Positions 21,001 through 28,687 of a stretch of 64,000 bases of DNA are shown here, piece by piece. Position 1 is the first letter of the stretch. The number at the start of each line of letters is the position of its first letter. The stretch is from NCBI GenBank assembly GCA_018065085.1, contig JAGHUA010000006.1:12963-76962 (forward strand). Direction: 5' to 3'. The notes below the pieces were generated by a model. It did no database searches. It saw only the letters and a list, made by a program, of their open reading frames with translations, and had not been told where the DNA came from. Both the position numbers and the translations under genes were made by a program. The stretch is from Candidatus Liminaster caballi. Lineage in GTDB: Bacteria > Bacteroidota > Bacteroidia > Bacteroidales > UBA3663.

Positions 21001-21555
21001 ACCTGCGTAGTCCTCAGCCGAAACGCATACCCATACGTCATGGAATGCAGCCTGATTGGTCAGAGTGTCCTCAGCGTTGCTCATGTAGAGACGTGTGTCC
21101 TCTGTGTTGCCGTTGTAGTTGTCAGCCTTACCGAGGTAGTAGCCAGGGAAAGCGTTGTTGGTGAGCTTGAACTGATCGCCCTCAAGAGCCTCAATCACCC
21201 AAGCGTCAGCGTTGGCACCGTTGTTGTTGTCAACCCAAATGCCGGCAAGACCGTCAACGAAGGTCTTCTTCCATGCATTCTGTGTCTCAACATAGTCGGT
21301 GATGCTGATTGTTGTCTCACCTGTTGAGGTAAGCTTCACCTTGTAGCCCTTGCTTGTGCTTACAGAAGCGCGGGTGTTCCAGTCATTGGCACCGAGGAAG
21401 AAAGCTCCGGCACCCACATTGTAAAGATACTGCTCAGTGGCGCCGTCGATGACAGCTGGCGAACTGGCAGGTGCAGTCGGCTTTGTCCACTCACCGGCGA
21501 ATACAGAACCGGCAAGCATCATAGCCGCAGAAACAAGAAGTAATTTTTGTTTCAT
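18022..21555 (-). CDS. Secreted acidic repeat protein with three CBM-like beta-sandwich modules and a probable T9SS C-terminal sorting domain
   Basis: Sec signal ending VFA. Three modules share motifs such as LP.GxY, AF[YF]R, PNxMxxA and [FW]xLxYxG and are separated by helical spacers. The C-terminus DGIESV...FFNINGQKI...GVNI...VRKIIVK resembles a T9SS CTD. No catalytic motif recognised. Confidence 0.8.
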   Translation of the reverse strand: MKQKLLLVSAAMMLAGSVFAGEWTKPTAPASSPAVIDGATEQYLYNVGAGAFFLGANDWNTRASVSTSKGYKVKLTSTGETTISITDYVETQNAWKKTFVDGLAGIWVDNNNGANADAWVIEALEGDQFKLTNNAFPGYYLGKADNYNGNTEDTRLYMSNAEDTLTNQAAFHDVWVCVSAEDYAGFAVDITRYNTAMELKAAIEDAEAQYPGIDLAAEHAVLDNTESTLEQLQDALASVDAKVKAAAKEAAENSASVSNPVDLSSMIVNATFDEIGDFHGWSGTAFGAGGTRDKCAEHYNKTYNTWQEIEGLPNGVYALSANAFYRAGSGENALAEFKAGVPTRAYLYAYNVAATGADTVAANVNSIFYGIEPGDETLGGGVVVDGDFTYHLPNSMADAVKCFEAGHYADNVVLFAVSEGKAHIGVYKNVNVGSTDWSIFDNFKLTYYGKAGEAYQMWMTNYIQNLADYSSIEYVTGSVVEAYKAVVAAHATATTQEQVLANIAAIKESAALVDANVAAWKELLNAVAEAKKVVNNDKLSGPMKDDLGDYLELDVQDVLDAKELSTEDVLALAAEINQMVVDVLLNCVAEDTDFTEWLKNPNFTTNDGWQGNPVINTAAKCAESWNQSSFDIYQIKEGAPAGVYQISMQGFYRELRGENAWKLCFEPEFGDPLPTKPASKAYVYLNDAKSPLMNVFDYQVPTGELYTTTGSLAPYTDPLGTYWYPNDMSAAGQAFDEGAYVMSAFGLVSDGEPMRIGVKGCTNTGGDSWAIFTRFKLIYRGFNADVIRPILEEKLATLSADDLMGVDVKAKVADAIAQGQQALGSDNGRAMFEVLSAIYKIEDEIAESKALFQELVEAVSAFYEFIGSADAVAPDAVKAEAIAYVESVESAMPEMTNADAKEAVAKIAEWTALCRVPEMEASDENPFDATGVIASSGFDNGEGGNSIAGWTYDVAPNFGNDATQKSALAVEYYEKTYNIYQDLVGLPAGTYTVGVNAFFRNGSTDQDFATVAEEENGLAKMYAVTTSNVYEKYVALLASDPSLEKLGYGAELEHTDAEGNTVYIPNDMVSAAAYFDEGHYLNTITLEVGEDGKLRIGMKQEDKITSCWMIMDNWTLTYYGADSQKELDGIESVATSVANVEFFNINGQKIAAPQMGVNILRATTASGNVIVRKIIVK

Positions 21556-21732
21556 AGTTGTTAAGATTAAAATTAGGTTATTGTGTTAGGTTTTGTCAGT
21601 AATTCAAATGATCAGGGCATAGAAAAGGCAAAAGATAAAATAGGGGCTTAGGTAACAAGGATTTGCTTAATAATACTGGTAAGGTTCAGGCTCTGACTTT
21701 CACATTTATCATCTGTTGCGCTTTTCAATTTG

Positions 21733-21803
21733 TTGCCCCACCGGGACTCGAACCCAGTCAAACAGAACCAAAATCTGGTGTGCTACCATTACACCATGGG
21801 GCA
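21733..21803 (-). tRNA. tRNA-Gln (TTG)
   Basis: Reverse complement TGCCCCATGGTGTAATGGTAGCACACCAGATTTTGGTTCTGTTTGACTGGGTTCGAGTCCCGGTGGGGCAA folds as a cloverleaf with anticodon loop TTTTGGT and T-loop TTCGAGT. CCA is not encoded. Confidence 0.96.
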
Positions 21804-21824
21804 ATCGTTTTTTATTTGCGAGCG

Positions 21825-21856
21825 CAAAGATACGCTATTTACTGTTTTTCTCCAAA
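21825..21856 (-). promoter_or_regulatory. Bacteroidetes sigma70 promoter for tRNA-Gln
   Basis: -7 element TATCTTTG (21832-21825) and -33 TTTG (21856-21853), 20 nt apart. Confidence 0.8.
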
Positions 21857-21980
21857 TTTTATTCTATCTTTTTGTAAAAAATAGGTAAAAAAGACCCTTT
21901 TTAGTTAATATTGTACAAAAATGGGCGAATAATCGGCATCTAAAGCGGTCTCGGTATGGAGAAGAATCAAGCAAAATCGC

Positions 21981-22121
21981 TTCCCAAGTCTTAGTTCTAA
22001 CCGAGAACATTATTTTGGTTAGTTCCCAAGTCTTAGTTCTAACCGCCAAACTTTTTTTGGTTAGTTCCGAAGTGTTAGGAAGTCTTCGGAACATTTTTTT
22101 TGACTTCCCGACACTTGGGGG
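21981..22121. repeat. Degenerate ~42-bp tandem repeat (3+ units)
   Basis: TTCCCAAGTCTTAGTTCTAACCG is exact at 21981 and 22023. Degenerate copies begin at 22065 and about 22105. Confidence 0.8.
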
Positions 22122-22205
22122 AATGGATTTAATATCATTGCTGATGACAAAACGAACAGTAGGAGGAGAAAAATATGGGTAAAATCAAAGATTTTGGAAT
22201 AAAGA

Positions 22206-22237
22206 TTTGGAGAAAAGCAAAAAAAATAATACCTTTA
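22206..22237 (+). promoter_or_regulatory. Putative dcw operon promoter
   Basis: -33 TTTG (22206-22209), 20-nt spacer, near-consensus -7 TACCTTTA (22230-22237), about 60 nt upstream of rsmH. Confidence 0.6.
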
Positions 22238-22298
22238 CACCCCGAAAAAGAGAACTGTCTGAATAAGCTCAGAAGAAACCCGTTTGAACTACTAAGAA

Positions 22299-23213
22299 AT
22301 GTCAGAATATCACGTGCCGGTAATGCTCGATGAATGTCTGGACGGACTCGCAATCCGCCCCGACGGAGTGTATGTTGACGTAACCTTTGGCGGAGGCGGT
22401 CACAGCAGCGCCATACTCTCCAAACTGAGCGGCAAAGGCCATCTCTACAGCTTCGACCAGGACCCGGATGCCGAACAGAACGCATTTGGCAACACAGAGG
22501 GCAAAAAGAACTTCACTTTCGTGCGCAGTAACTTCCGCTTCCTCAAGAACTGGATGAGATATTACGGTGTGAAGCAGGTTGACGGACTCCTTGCCGACCT
22601 CGGCGTGTCGAGCCATCACCTTGACGATGCCTCGCGCGGCTTTGCATTCCGTCTGGATGCTCCGCTGGACATGCGCATGAACACCCGAGCCGGCATGACT
22701 GCTGCCGATCTGCTCGCCACATACAGCGAGGAGGACATTGCCCGCGTCCTGTCGCTCTATGGCGAACTGAAGCAGGCGCGACGCATGGCTCAGGCCCTGG
22801 TCAAGGCACGACAGCAGAATCCGGTGGCAACGACAGGCGACCTGCAGCGCATCCTGACTCCGATGATCGACCCTCGTGCACAGAAGAAAGAGCTGGCTCA
22901 GGCGTTTCAGGCCCTGCGCATCGAGGTAAACCACGAGATGCAGGCCCTGGAAGAAATGCTTATGGGCGCTATCGACTGCCTCGCCCCCGGCGGACGACTC
23001 GTGGTGATGACCTACCACTCGCTGGAGGACCGAATCGTGAAGAATGTAATCCGTTCGGGCCACACCGACGGTAAGATCGAACAGGACTTCTACGGACGTT
23101 TGATCGCCCCGCTCAAGGCCGTCAACAACAAGCCGATCATCGCCTCGGACGACGAGCAGGAAAGCAACCCGCGATCAAGAAGCGCCAAGCTGCGCATCGC
23201 CACCAAACTATAA
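22299..23213 (+). CDS. rsmH: 16S rRNA m4C1402 methyltransferase
   Basis: YHVPVML, DVTFGGGGHS, DLGVSS, LDMRM, FQALRIEVN, YHSLEDR and NPRSRSAKLR. Confidence 0.98.
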   Translation: MSEYHVPVMLDECLDGLAIRPDGVYVDVTFGGGGHSSAILSKLSGKGHLYSFDQDPDAEQNAFGNTEGKKNFTFVRSNFRFLKNWMRYYGVKQVDGLLADLGVSSHHLDDASRGFAFRLDAPLDMRMNTRAGMTAADLLATYSEEDIARVLSLYGELKQARRMAQALVKARQQNPVATTGDLQRILTPMIDPRAQKKELAQAFQALRIEVNHEMQALEEMLMGAIDCLAPGGRLVVMTYHSLEDRIVKNVIRSGHTDGKIEQDFYGRLIAPLKAVNNKPIIASDDEQESNPRSRSAKLRIATKL

Positions 23214-23237
23214 ACCGAACTCACGCAACAGAAGACT

Positions 23238-23585
23238 ATGGCACTCAAATTAAGCGAACGCCTGGAATCAGTATTCAGTTCGACAAGCTCCGCCCTGTCG
23301 GGCAGCTCGTCGCCTTTCTCGCGCGAGTTCTACCGCAAGCACCTTGGCAAGGTCATCCTGGTGCTGTTCCTGCTCTACAGCTACGTGCAGCTCAGATATG
23401 AGTATGAGCAGACCATTGCCGAGATTGGCGAACTGAAGCGCACCCTGTCAGACGTACGATACACCAGCATCGCCACATGGGGTGAGCTGACCAGCAAGAA
23501 CAAACCTGAGATTGTGCGCAGCAAAATCAGCGACAATGCAAAGCTCATCTCGGCCGATGAACCTCCAATCAAGATTGAACCATAA
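23238..23585 (+). CDS. ftsL: FtsL-like cell division protein
   Basis: Single TM segment followed by a coiled coil; sits between rsmH and the PBP gene. Confidence 0.75.
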   Translation: MALKLSERLESVFSSTSSALSGSSSPFSREFYRKHLGKVILVLFLLYSYVQLRYEYEQTIAEIGELKRTLSDVRYTSIATWGELTSKNKPEIVRSKISDNAKLISADEPPIKIEP

Positions 23586-23597
23586 GCAGACAGAAAG

Positions 23598-25757
23598 ATG
23601 AAACTGGATTACAACAAACGCATATACATCATCATTGCCTGTCTGCTGGCATACGCCGCCATAATCTGGTATCAGACATGGGTGACACTCGTCAGGGACG
23701 GCAGCGAATACCGCAAGAGGGTGGAGAAGCTGAAGAAAGAGACAGAGCCCATCGAACCGGTGCGCGGCTTTATCTTTGCCGACGGCGGCGAAATGCTGGC
23801 CGGAAGCCTGCCCGAATATGATGTGGCGCTCGACTTCTATTGGACCACCATACCAGAAGGCCCAAAGCGCATCAAAAACATCCCGGAAGACACCATCAAG
23901 AAATACTTCGGTCCTAACGGTGAGGGCAGCAGGGCTCTGGCCAATGCCTACACCGACCCGACAAAGAACAAGAAGAGCGCCGACGCATGGGGCAGCGAGA
24001 TACTCAAGGCATACGGCAAGCGCGAGAAAAGCGGCCATCAGGTGTTCCGTGCCCTCCCCTACCTCGACTATAAGCGCCTGCGCCAGCAGCCATACTTCAA
24101 CAAGACAAGATACCAGAACGGAATCATCGCTCAGGAACGCGCCCACCGTTACCGTCCGTACGGCGAACGTCGAATGGCATCTGCCACCATCGGCACCGTC
24201 TATACCAAGGATCAGGATTCGATAAGAAGGGCCGGACAGGGTCTCCGAGGCATCGAACTGGGCTATAACGACTATCTGGCAGGAACGCAGGGCCTCGGCT
24301 ATGGTCTTAAGGTACGAGGCAAGATTGAGAATGTGACCATCACGCCACCGGTGGATGGCGCCAACGTTCACACCACCATCGACATCGAGATGCAGCACAT
24401 CCTTGACGAAGAACTGGGCAGGCGCATCCTCGACCTGAATGCCGCAGCCGGATGGGCAGCCTTTGTGGAGGTCAAGACAGGCAAGATACGCGCCATCTCG
24501 AACCTCAGCCGCAACGGTTCGGTGTGTGTGGAGGACTACAATCACCTGTTTGAAGACCTTGTGGACCCTGGTTCGACATTCAAGACCGTATCGTATATGG
24601 TGATGCTCGATGACGGCAAGATCACGCCCGAGACCATTGTCGATACAGAGAACAACAGTTCGAACGCTCCGCACCCATGGGTTTATTACAAGCATCCAAT
24701 CAGCGACGACCACCCCGTCGGGGTCGTGACTGCCAACAAGGCCATCGAGCAGTCGAGCAACATCGCCGTGGCAAAGCTCGCCGTGGCAGCATACGATAAT
24801 AACCCTCAGCAGTACCTTGACGGACTGGAGCGCATCGGTTTTCTCAACGACCGAGAACTCAACGACTCTGACCGCGCCCAAATCAAGCAGGTGGGCTATC
24901 TCAAGGAACTGGCATTCCGCCGCGAGTTCCCAGGCGCCAAAGCCGCACGCCACCGTCAAATGTCGGGCAAGTCATGGTCGAAGTTGTCGCTCGCTCAGAT
25001 CAGCTATGGCTATGAGACACAGATCCCGGGCATCTACATGCTGCAGTTCTACAATGCCATTGCCAACAACGGCAAGATGCTGCGCCCTTACATCGTGGAC
25101 TATGTGGAGAAGGACGGCAAGGTGCTCTACGAACAGGAGCCGACGGTGATCAACAAGAAGATATGCAAGGACGAGACGCTCAAAGCCGTGAGACACGCCC
25201 TGGAATGCGTGGTGAACAGCGGCACGGCTGCAGGCCGTCCGCGCAACCACCCACGAGGATATCAGGAGGCTGTGAAGAGCCAGCGCGTCAGCATCGCAGG
25301 CAAGACAGGCACGGCACAGCGCCGCAATGAGGCCACCGGCGGATTCAAGGGCGCAGGTCACAACGTGTCGTTCGTGGGATACTTCCCTGCCGACAACCCG
25401 CAATACTGCGGCATCGTGGTCATCAACACCAACGGCAGCGGCATCAGTGCGGCTGGCGGCGGCTGGATGGCAGGTCCGGTGTTCAAGCACTTCGCCGAGC
25501 AGGTCTATGCCCTGCGCGGACACCGCACAATGAAGGACATTGCACCTGACACCATCGCACACGAACCGCACGTCAAGGCCAAGGCCAATACGGTGCAGGC
25601 CATTAGCGGCACAATGCCAAACGTCAAGGGAATGGGCGCTGCCGACGCGCTGATGATGCTTGAGACAGCCGGTTACACCAATGTGAAGGTGAACGGCTAC
25701 GGCAAGGTGGCGTCTGTGACGCAGCAGAACGGCAATGTGATCATCAACCTGAAGTGA
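23598..25757 (+). CDS. ftsI: Class B penicillin-binding protein (FtsI/PBP3) with C-terminal PASTA domain
   Basis: N-terminal TM, RGFIF, PGSTFK (SxxK), SSN, KTGT; MPNVKGM PASTA motif. Confidence 0.93.
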   Translation: MKLDYNKRIYIIIACLLAYAAIIWYQTWVTLVRDGSEYRKRVEKLKKETEPIEPVRGFIFADGGEMLAGSLPEYDVALDFYWTTIPEGPKRIKNIPEDTIKKYFGPNGEGSRALANAYTDPTKNKKSADAWGSEILKAYGKREKSGHQVFRALPYLDYKRLRQQPYFNKTRYQNGIIAQERAHRYRPYGERRMASATIGTVYTKDQDSIRRAGQGLRGIELGYNDYLAGTQGLGYGLKVRGKIENVTITPPVDGANVHTTIDIEMQHILDEELGRRILDLNAAAGWAAFVEVKTGKIRAISNLSRNGSVCVEDYNHLFEDLVDPGSTFKTVSYMVMLDDGKITPETIVDTENNSSNAPHPWVYYKHPISDDHPVGVVTANKAIEQSSNIAVAKLAVAAYDNNPQQYLDGLERIGFLNDRELNDSDRAQIKQVGYLKELAFRREFPGAKAARHRQMSGKSWSKLSLAQISYGYETQIPGIYMLQFYNAIANNGKMLRPYIVDYVEKDGKVLYEQEPTVINKKICKDETLKAVRHALECVVNSGTAAGRPRNHPRGYQEAVKSQRVSIAGKTGTAQRRNEATGGFKGAGHNVSFVGYFPADNPQYCGIVVINTNGSGISAAGGGWMAGPVFKHFAEQVYALRGHRTMKDIAPDTIAHEPHVKAKANTVQAISGTMPNVKGMGAADALMMLETAGYTNVKVNGYGKVASVTQQNGNVIINLK

Positions 25758-25784
25758 AACAGAAACAATTAATGTCATACGAAT

Positions 25785-27284
25785 ATGAAACTTGAAAAAA
25801 TCATCGAACGCCTCACCTACACACTCGGAGGCGCACAGGATACTTCTATCGAAATCAATGCCATCGAGCAGGACAGCCGCCAGGTGAAGGAAGGCAGCAT
25901 GTTCGTAGCCGTCAGAGGCACGAACGTTGACGGTCACTCGTTCATCCCACAGGTCATCGAAGCCGGAGCCGCCGCCGTCGTATGTGACGAGGAATGGTGG
26001 CAGAACGAAGGCTTGGCTTTTGCAACACCTAACGGCGATCCACATCTCGCTCCTGTGTTTGTGGTGGTCAAGGATTGCAACCTCGCCCTGGCTCTCATCG
26101 CCTCGGCTTGGAACGGCTATCCATCGGAACAGCTCACCCTCGTGGGCGTGACCGGCACCAATGGCAAGACCACCATCGCCACACTGCTCTATAAGCTGTT
26201 CTCAAAGCTCGGTTACCCATGCGGATTGCTCTCGACCGTCTGCAACTATGTCATCGACCGTGCCGTGCCAGCCACACACACCACACCAGATCCGCTGGCA
26301 CTCAACGACCTGTTGCGACAGATGGTGGACGAAGGTTGTGCATACGCCTTTATGGAGGTATCGAGCCACAGTGCCGACCAGAAGCGCATCGGCGGCCTTG
26401 ACTTCGACGGCGGCATCTTCACCAATCTCACTCGCGATCACATGGACTATCACAAGACCGTGGAGAACTATCTGAAGGCTAAGAAATCGTTCTTCGACGG
26501 ACTGAAGAAAGAGGCGTTTGCCGTGAGCAACGCCGACGACAAGAATGGCGAGGTGATGATGCAGAACACCAAGGCACGCCGCCGTCTCTACAGCGTGCGT
26601 GGCGCTGCCGACTATCAGGCAAAGGTTGTGGAGGAAACATTCGAAGGCATGGAATTGCAGCTCAACGGCACAAACGTGGTGACTCACTTCGTTGGCCGAT
26701 TCAACGCATCCAACCTCGTGGCCGTCTATGGCGCTGCCATCGAACTTGGAGCAAAGAACGAGGAGGTGCTGGTCAAGATGTCTGAGCTGGTTCCTGTCAA
26801 CGGACGTTTTGAGTCAATACGTTCGCCTAAGGGATTCTCTGCCATCATCGACTATGCACACACACCGGACGCCCTGATCAACGTGCTTGGCACCATCCGC
26901 GAGATCCTTGACTCGAAGAAGGAAGGCAAAGTTATCACCGTGGTGGGCTGCGGCGGCAATCGCGACAAGGGCAAACGTCCGATCATGGCCAAGGAATCGG
27001 CACTGCGTTCTGACCGACTGATCCTGACCAGCGACAACCCTCGTTTTGAGAAACCGGAGGATATCCTCAAGGACATGGAGGCAGGTCTTGACACCGACGA
27101 ACTGCGTCAGAAGACCATCACCATCTGCGACCGTCGCGAGGCAATCCGCACGGCCGTGATGCTGGCTCAGAAGGGCGACGTCATCCTCGTGGCTGGCAAG
27201 GGTCACGAAGACTATCAGATCGTGGAGGGCGTGAAGCATCACTTCGACGACCACGAGGTAGTTAGAGAGGCGATGAACATCTAA
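25785..27284 (+). CDS. murE: UDP-MurNAc-tripeptide synthetase (meso-DAP type)
   Basis: [27 protein letters not shown] (DAP specificity) and AGKGHE. Confidence 0.97.
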   Translation: MKLEKIIERLTYTLGGAQDTSIEINAIEQDSRQVKEGSMFVAVRGTNVDGHSFIPQVIEAGAAAVVCDEEWWQNEGLAFATPNGDPHLAPVFVVVKDCNLALALIASAWNGYPSEQLTLVGVTGTNGKTTIATLLYKLFSKLGYPCGLLSTVCNYVIDRAVPATHTTPDPLALNDLLRQMVDEGCAYAFMEVSSHSADQKRIGGLDFDGGIFTNLTRDHMDYHKTVENYLKAKKSFFDGLKKEAFAVSNADDKNGEVMMQNTKARRRLYSVRGAADYQAKVVEETFEGMELQLNGTNVVTHFVGRFNASNLVAVYGAAIELGAKNEEVLVKMSELVPVNGRFESIRSPKGFSAIIDYAHTPDALINVLGTIREILDSKKEGKVITVVGCGGNRDKGKRPIMAKESALRSDRLILTSDNPRFEKPEDILKDMEAGLDTDELRQKTITICDRREAIRTAVMLAQKGDVILVAGKGHEDYQIVEGVKHHFDDHEVVREAMNI

Positions 27285-27301
27285 AAAAGGGAAAAAAACA
27301 A

Positions 27302-28615
27302 ATGCTCTACTATATTTTCAGATATCTGCATGATGCCTTCGACGTGCCTGGAGCAGGCATGTGGGGCTACATCTCGACCCGAGCCATTGCTGCGCTGATC
27401 CTGGCTCTGATCATCTCGCTGTGGTTTGGCGAATGGTTTATCAAGCACATGCGCCGCAAGAACATCGTTGAGGCCCAGCGCAACGCCAGCATCGACCCGT
27501 TCGGCATAGAGAAGCGCGGAGTGCCTACGATGGGCGGTCTGATCATCATCGTGGCAACGCTCATCCCTTGCCTCATGCTGGGACGTCTGCGCAACATCTA
27601 CATGCTCATGATGCTGTTCACCACCGTATGGTTGGGTCTGCTCGGGTTCCTCGATGACTATCTCAAGGGCCACAGCAAGGAATATGACAAAATGCCAGGA
27701 TTGCTGAAATTGATCAGCGAGTTCCATGGGGCAAGTGCCACATACAGGGAGAAGAACAAGAACGGAATGCGTCCGATCATCAAACTGCTGGGTCAGGCTT
27801 CGCTCGGTTTGGGCATCGGCCTTGTGCTCTATCTCTCGCCAGATGCTGTCATCCGCGAAGGATCGGAACTCATCAAGAGTACGCTGACCACCCTGCCGTT
27901 CGTCAAGAGCCATAACCTCGACTACGCTGGCTTCTTCCTCTGGATGGGACCCCAGATCGGACAGGCTTTGGGTTGGGTGTTCTTCGTGTTCATGACCACA
28001 TTCATCATCATGGCTGTGAGCAACGGTTCGAATCTCAATGACGGCATGGACGGCTTATGTGCTGGCAATTCGGCCATCATGTGCGTGGCTCTCGGTGTGC
28101 TGGCGTATTTCTCAAGCCACATCGACTATGCCAACTACTTCAACATAATGTACATCCCGGGATCGCAGGAACTGGTAGTATTCGTGGCAGCCTTCGTGGG
28201 CGCGCTCGTGGGATTCCTATGGTATAATGCCTACCCTGCACAGATATTCATGGGCGACACGGGTTCGCTTCCTATCGGTGGCATCATCGCTGTGATTGCC
28301 ATCATCATTCATAAGGAACTGCTCATCCCGATCATCTGCTTCGTGTTCCTCGTGGAGAGCATCTCGGTGATGGGTCAGAATTTCGTGGCCAAGCGCGGCA
28401 ATGCCCAGGGCAAGAAGTTCAGGTTTGTCAACCGTGCGCCAATCCACGATGCCTTCCGTCTGAAGCCTGAGCAACTGCAACAGCTCTCGGCTATGGACAA
28501 GATCCTGCTCAAATGGCCACGTTCGTCATTTCATGAGAACAAGGTGACCGCCCGCTTCTGGATTGTGACCATCATCCTGGCTGCGTTCGCCATCATGACG
28601 CTGAAGATCCGTTGA
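27302..28615 (+). CDS. mraY: Phospho-MurNAc-pentapeptide transferase
   Basis: PTMGG, LDDY, NLNDGMDGL, FMGDTGSL; multi-TM protein. Confidence 0.96.
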   Translation: MLYYIFRYLHDAFDVPGAGMWGYISTRAIAALILALIISLWFGEWFIKHMRRKNIVEAQRNASIDPFGIEKRGVPTMGGLIIIVATLIPCLMLGRLRNIYMLMMLFTTVWLGLLGFLDDYLKGHSKEYDKMPGLLKLISEFHGASATYREKNKNGMRPIIKLLGQASLGLGIGLVLYLSPDAVIREGSELIKSTLTTLPFVKSHNLDYAGFFLWMGPQIGQALGWVFFVFMTTFIIMAVSNGSNLNDGMDGLCAGNSAIMCVALGVLAYFSSHIDYANYFNIMYIPGSQELVVFVAAFVGALVGFLWYNAYPAQIFMGDTGSLPIGGIIAVIAIIIHKELLIPIICFVFLVESISVMGQNFVAKRGNAQGKKFRFVNRAPIHDAFRLKPEQLQQLSAMDKILLKWPRSSFHENKVTARFWIVTIILAAFAIMTLKIR

Positions 28616-28678
28616 GAAAGGATAAAGAGAGGAAAGAGGAAAGTGCAAAGAGTAAAGAACAAAGAGTAAAGAAATAAA
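28614..28678 (+). repeat. Heptamer (NNNAAAG) tandem array between mraY and murD
   Basis: gagaaag gataaag (ag) aggaaag aggaaag tgcaaag agtaaag aacaaag agtaaag. Confidence 0.75.
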
Positions 28679-28687
28679 AAACTAAAT

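Noticed and set aside
21600-21733. Genomic island integrated at tRNA-Gln
   Set aside because: No integrase, no duplicated tRNA 3' end within the window, and the PUL codon style matches the host.
21981-22121. Possible mini-CRISPR array (23-bp exact repeat twice)
   Set aside because: The intervening 19-mers share a common end (TTTTGGTTAG) and are too short for spacers. The later copies are degenerate and no cas genes are present. It is a tandem repeat.
23448-26045. Long antisense ORFs opposite ftsI (503 and 357 aa), and similar ones opposite murG, murC, metA and ileS
   Set aside because: Shadow frames produced by codon bias of the real genes; no recognisable motifs.
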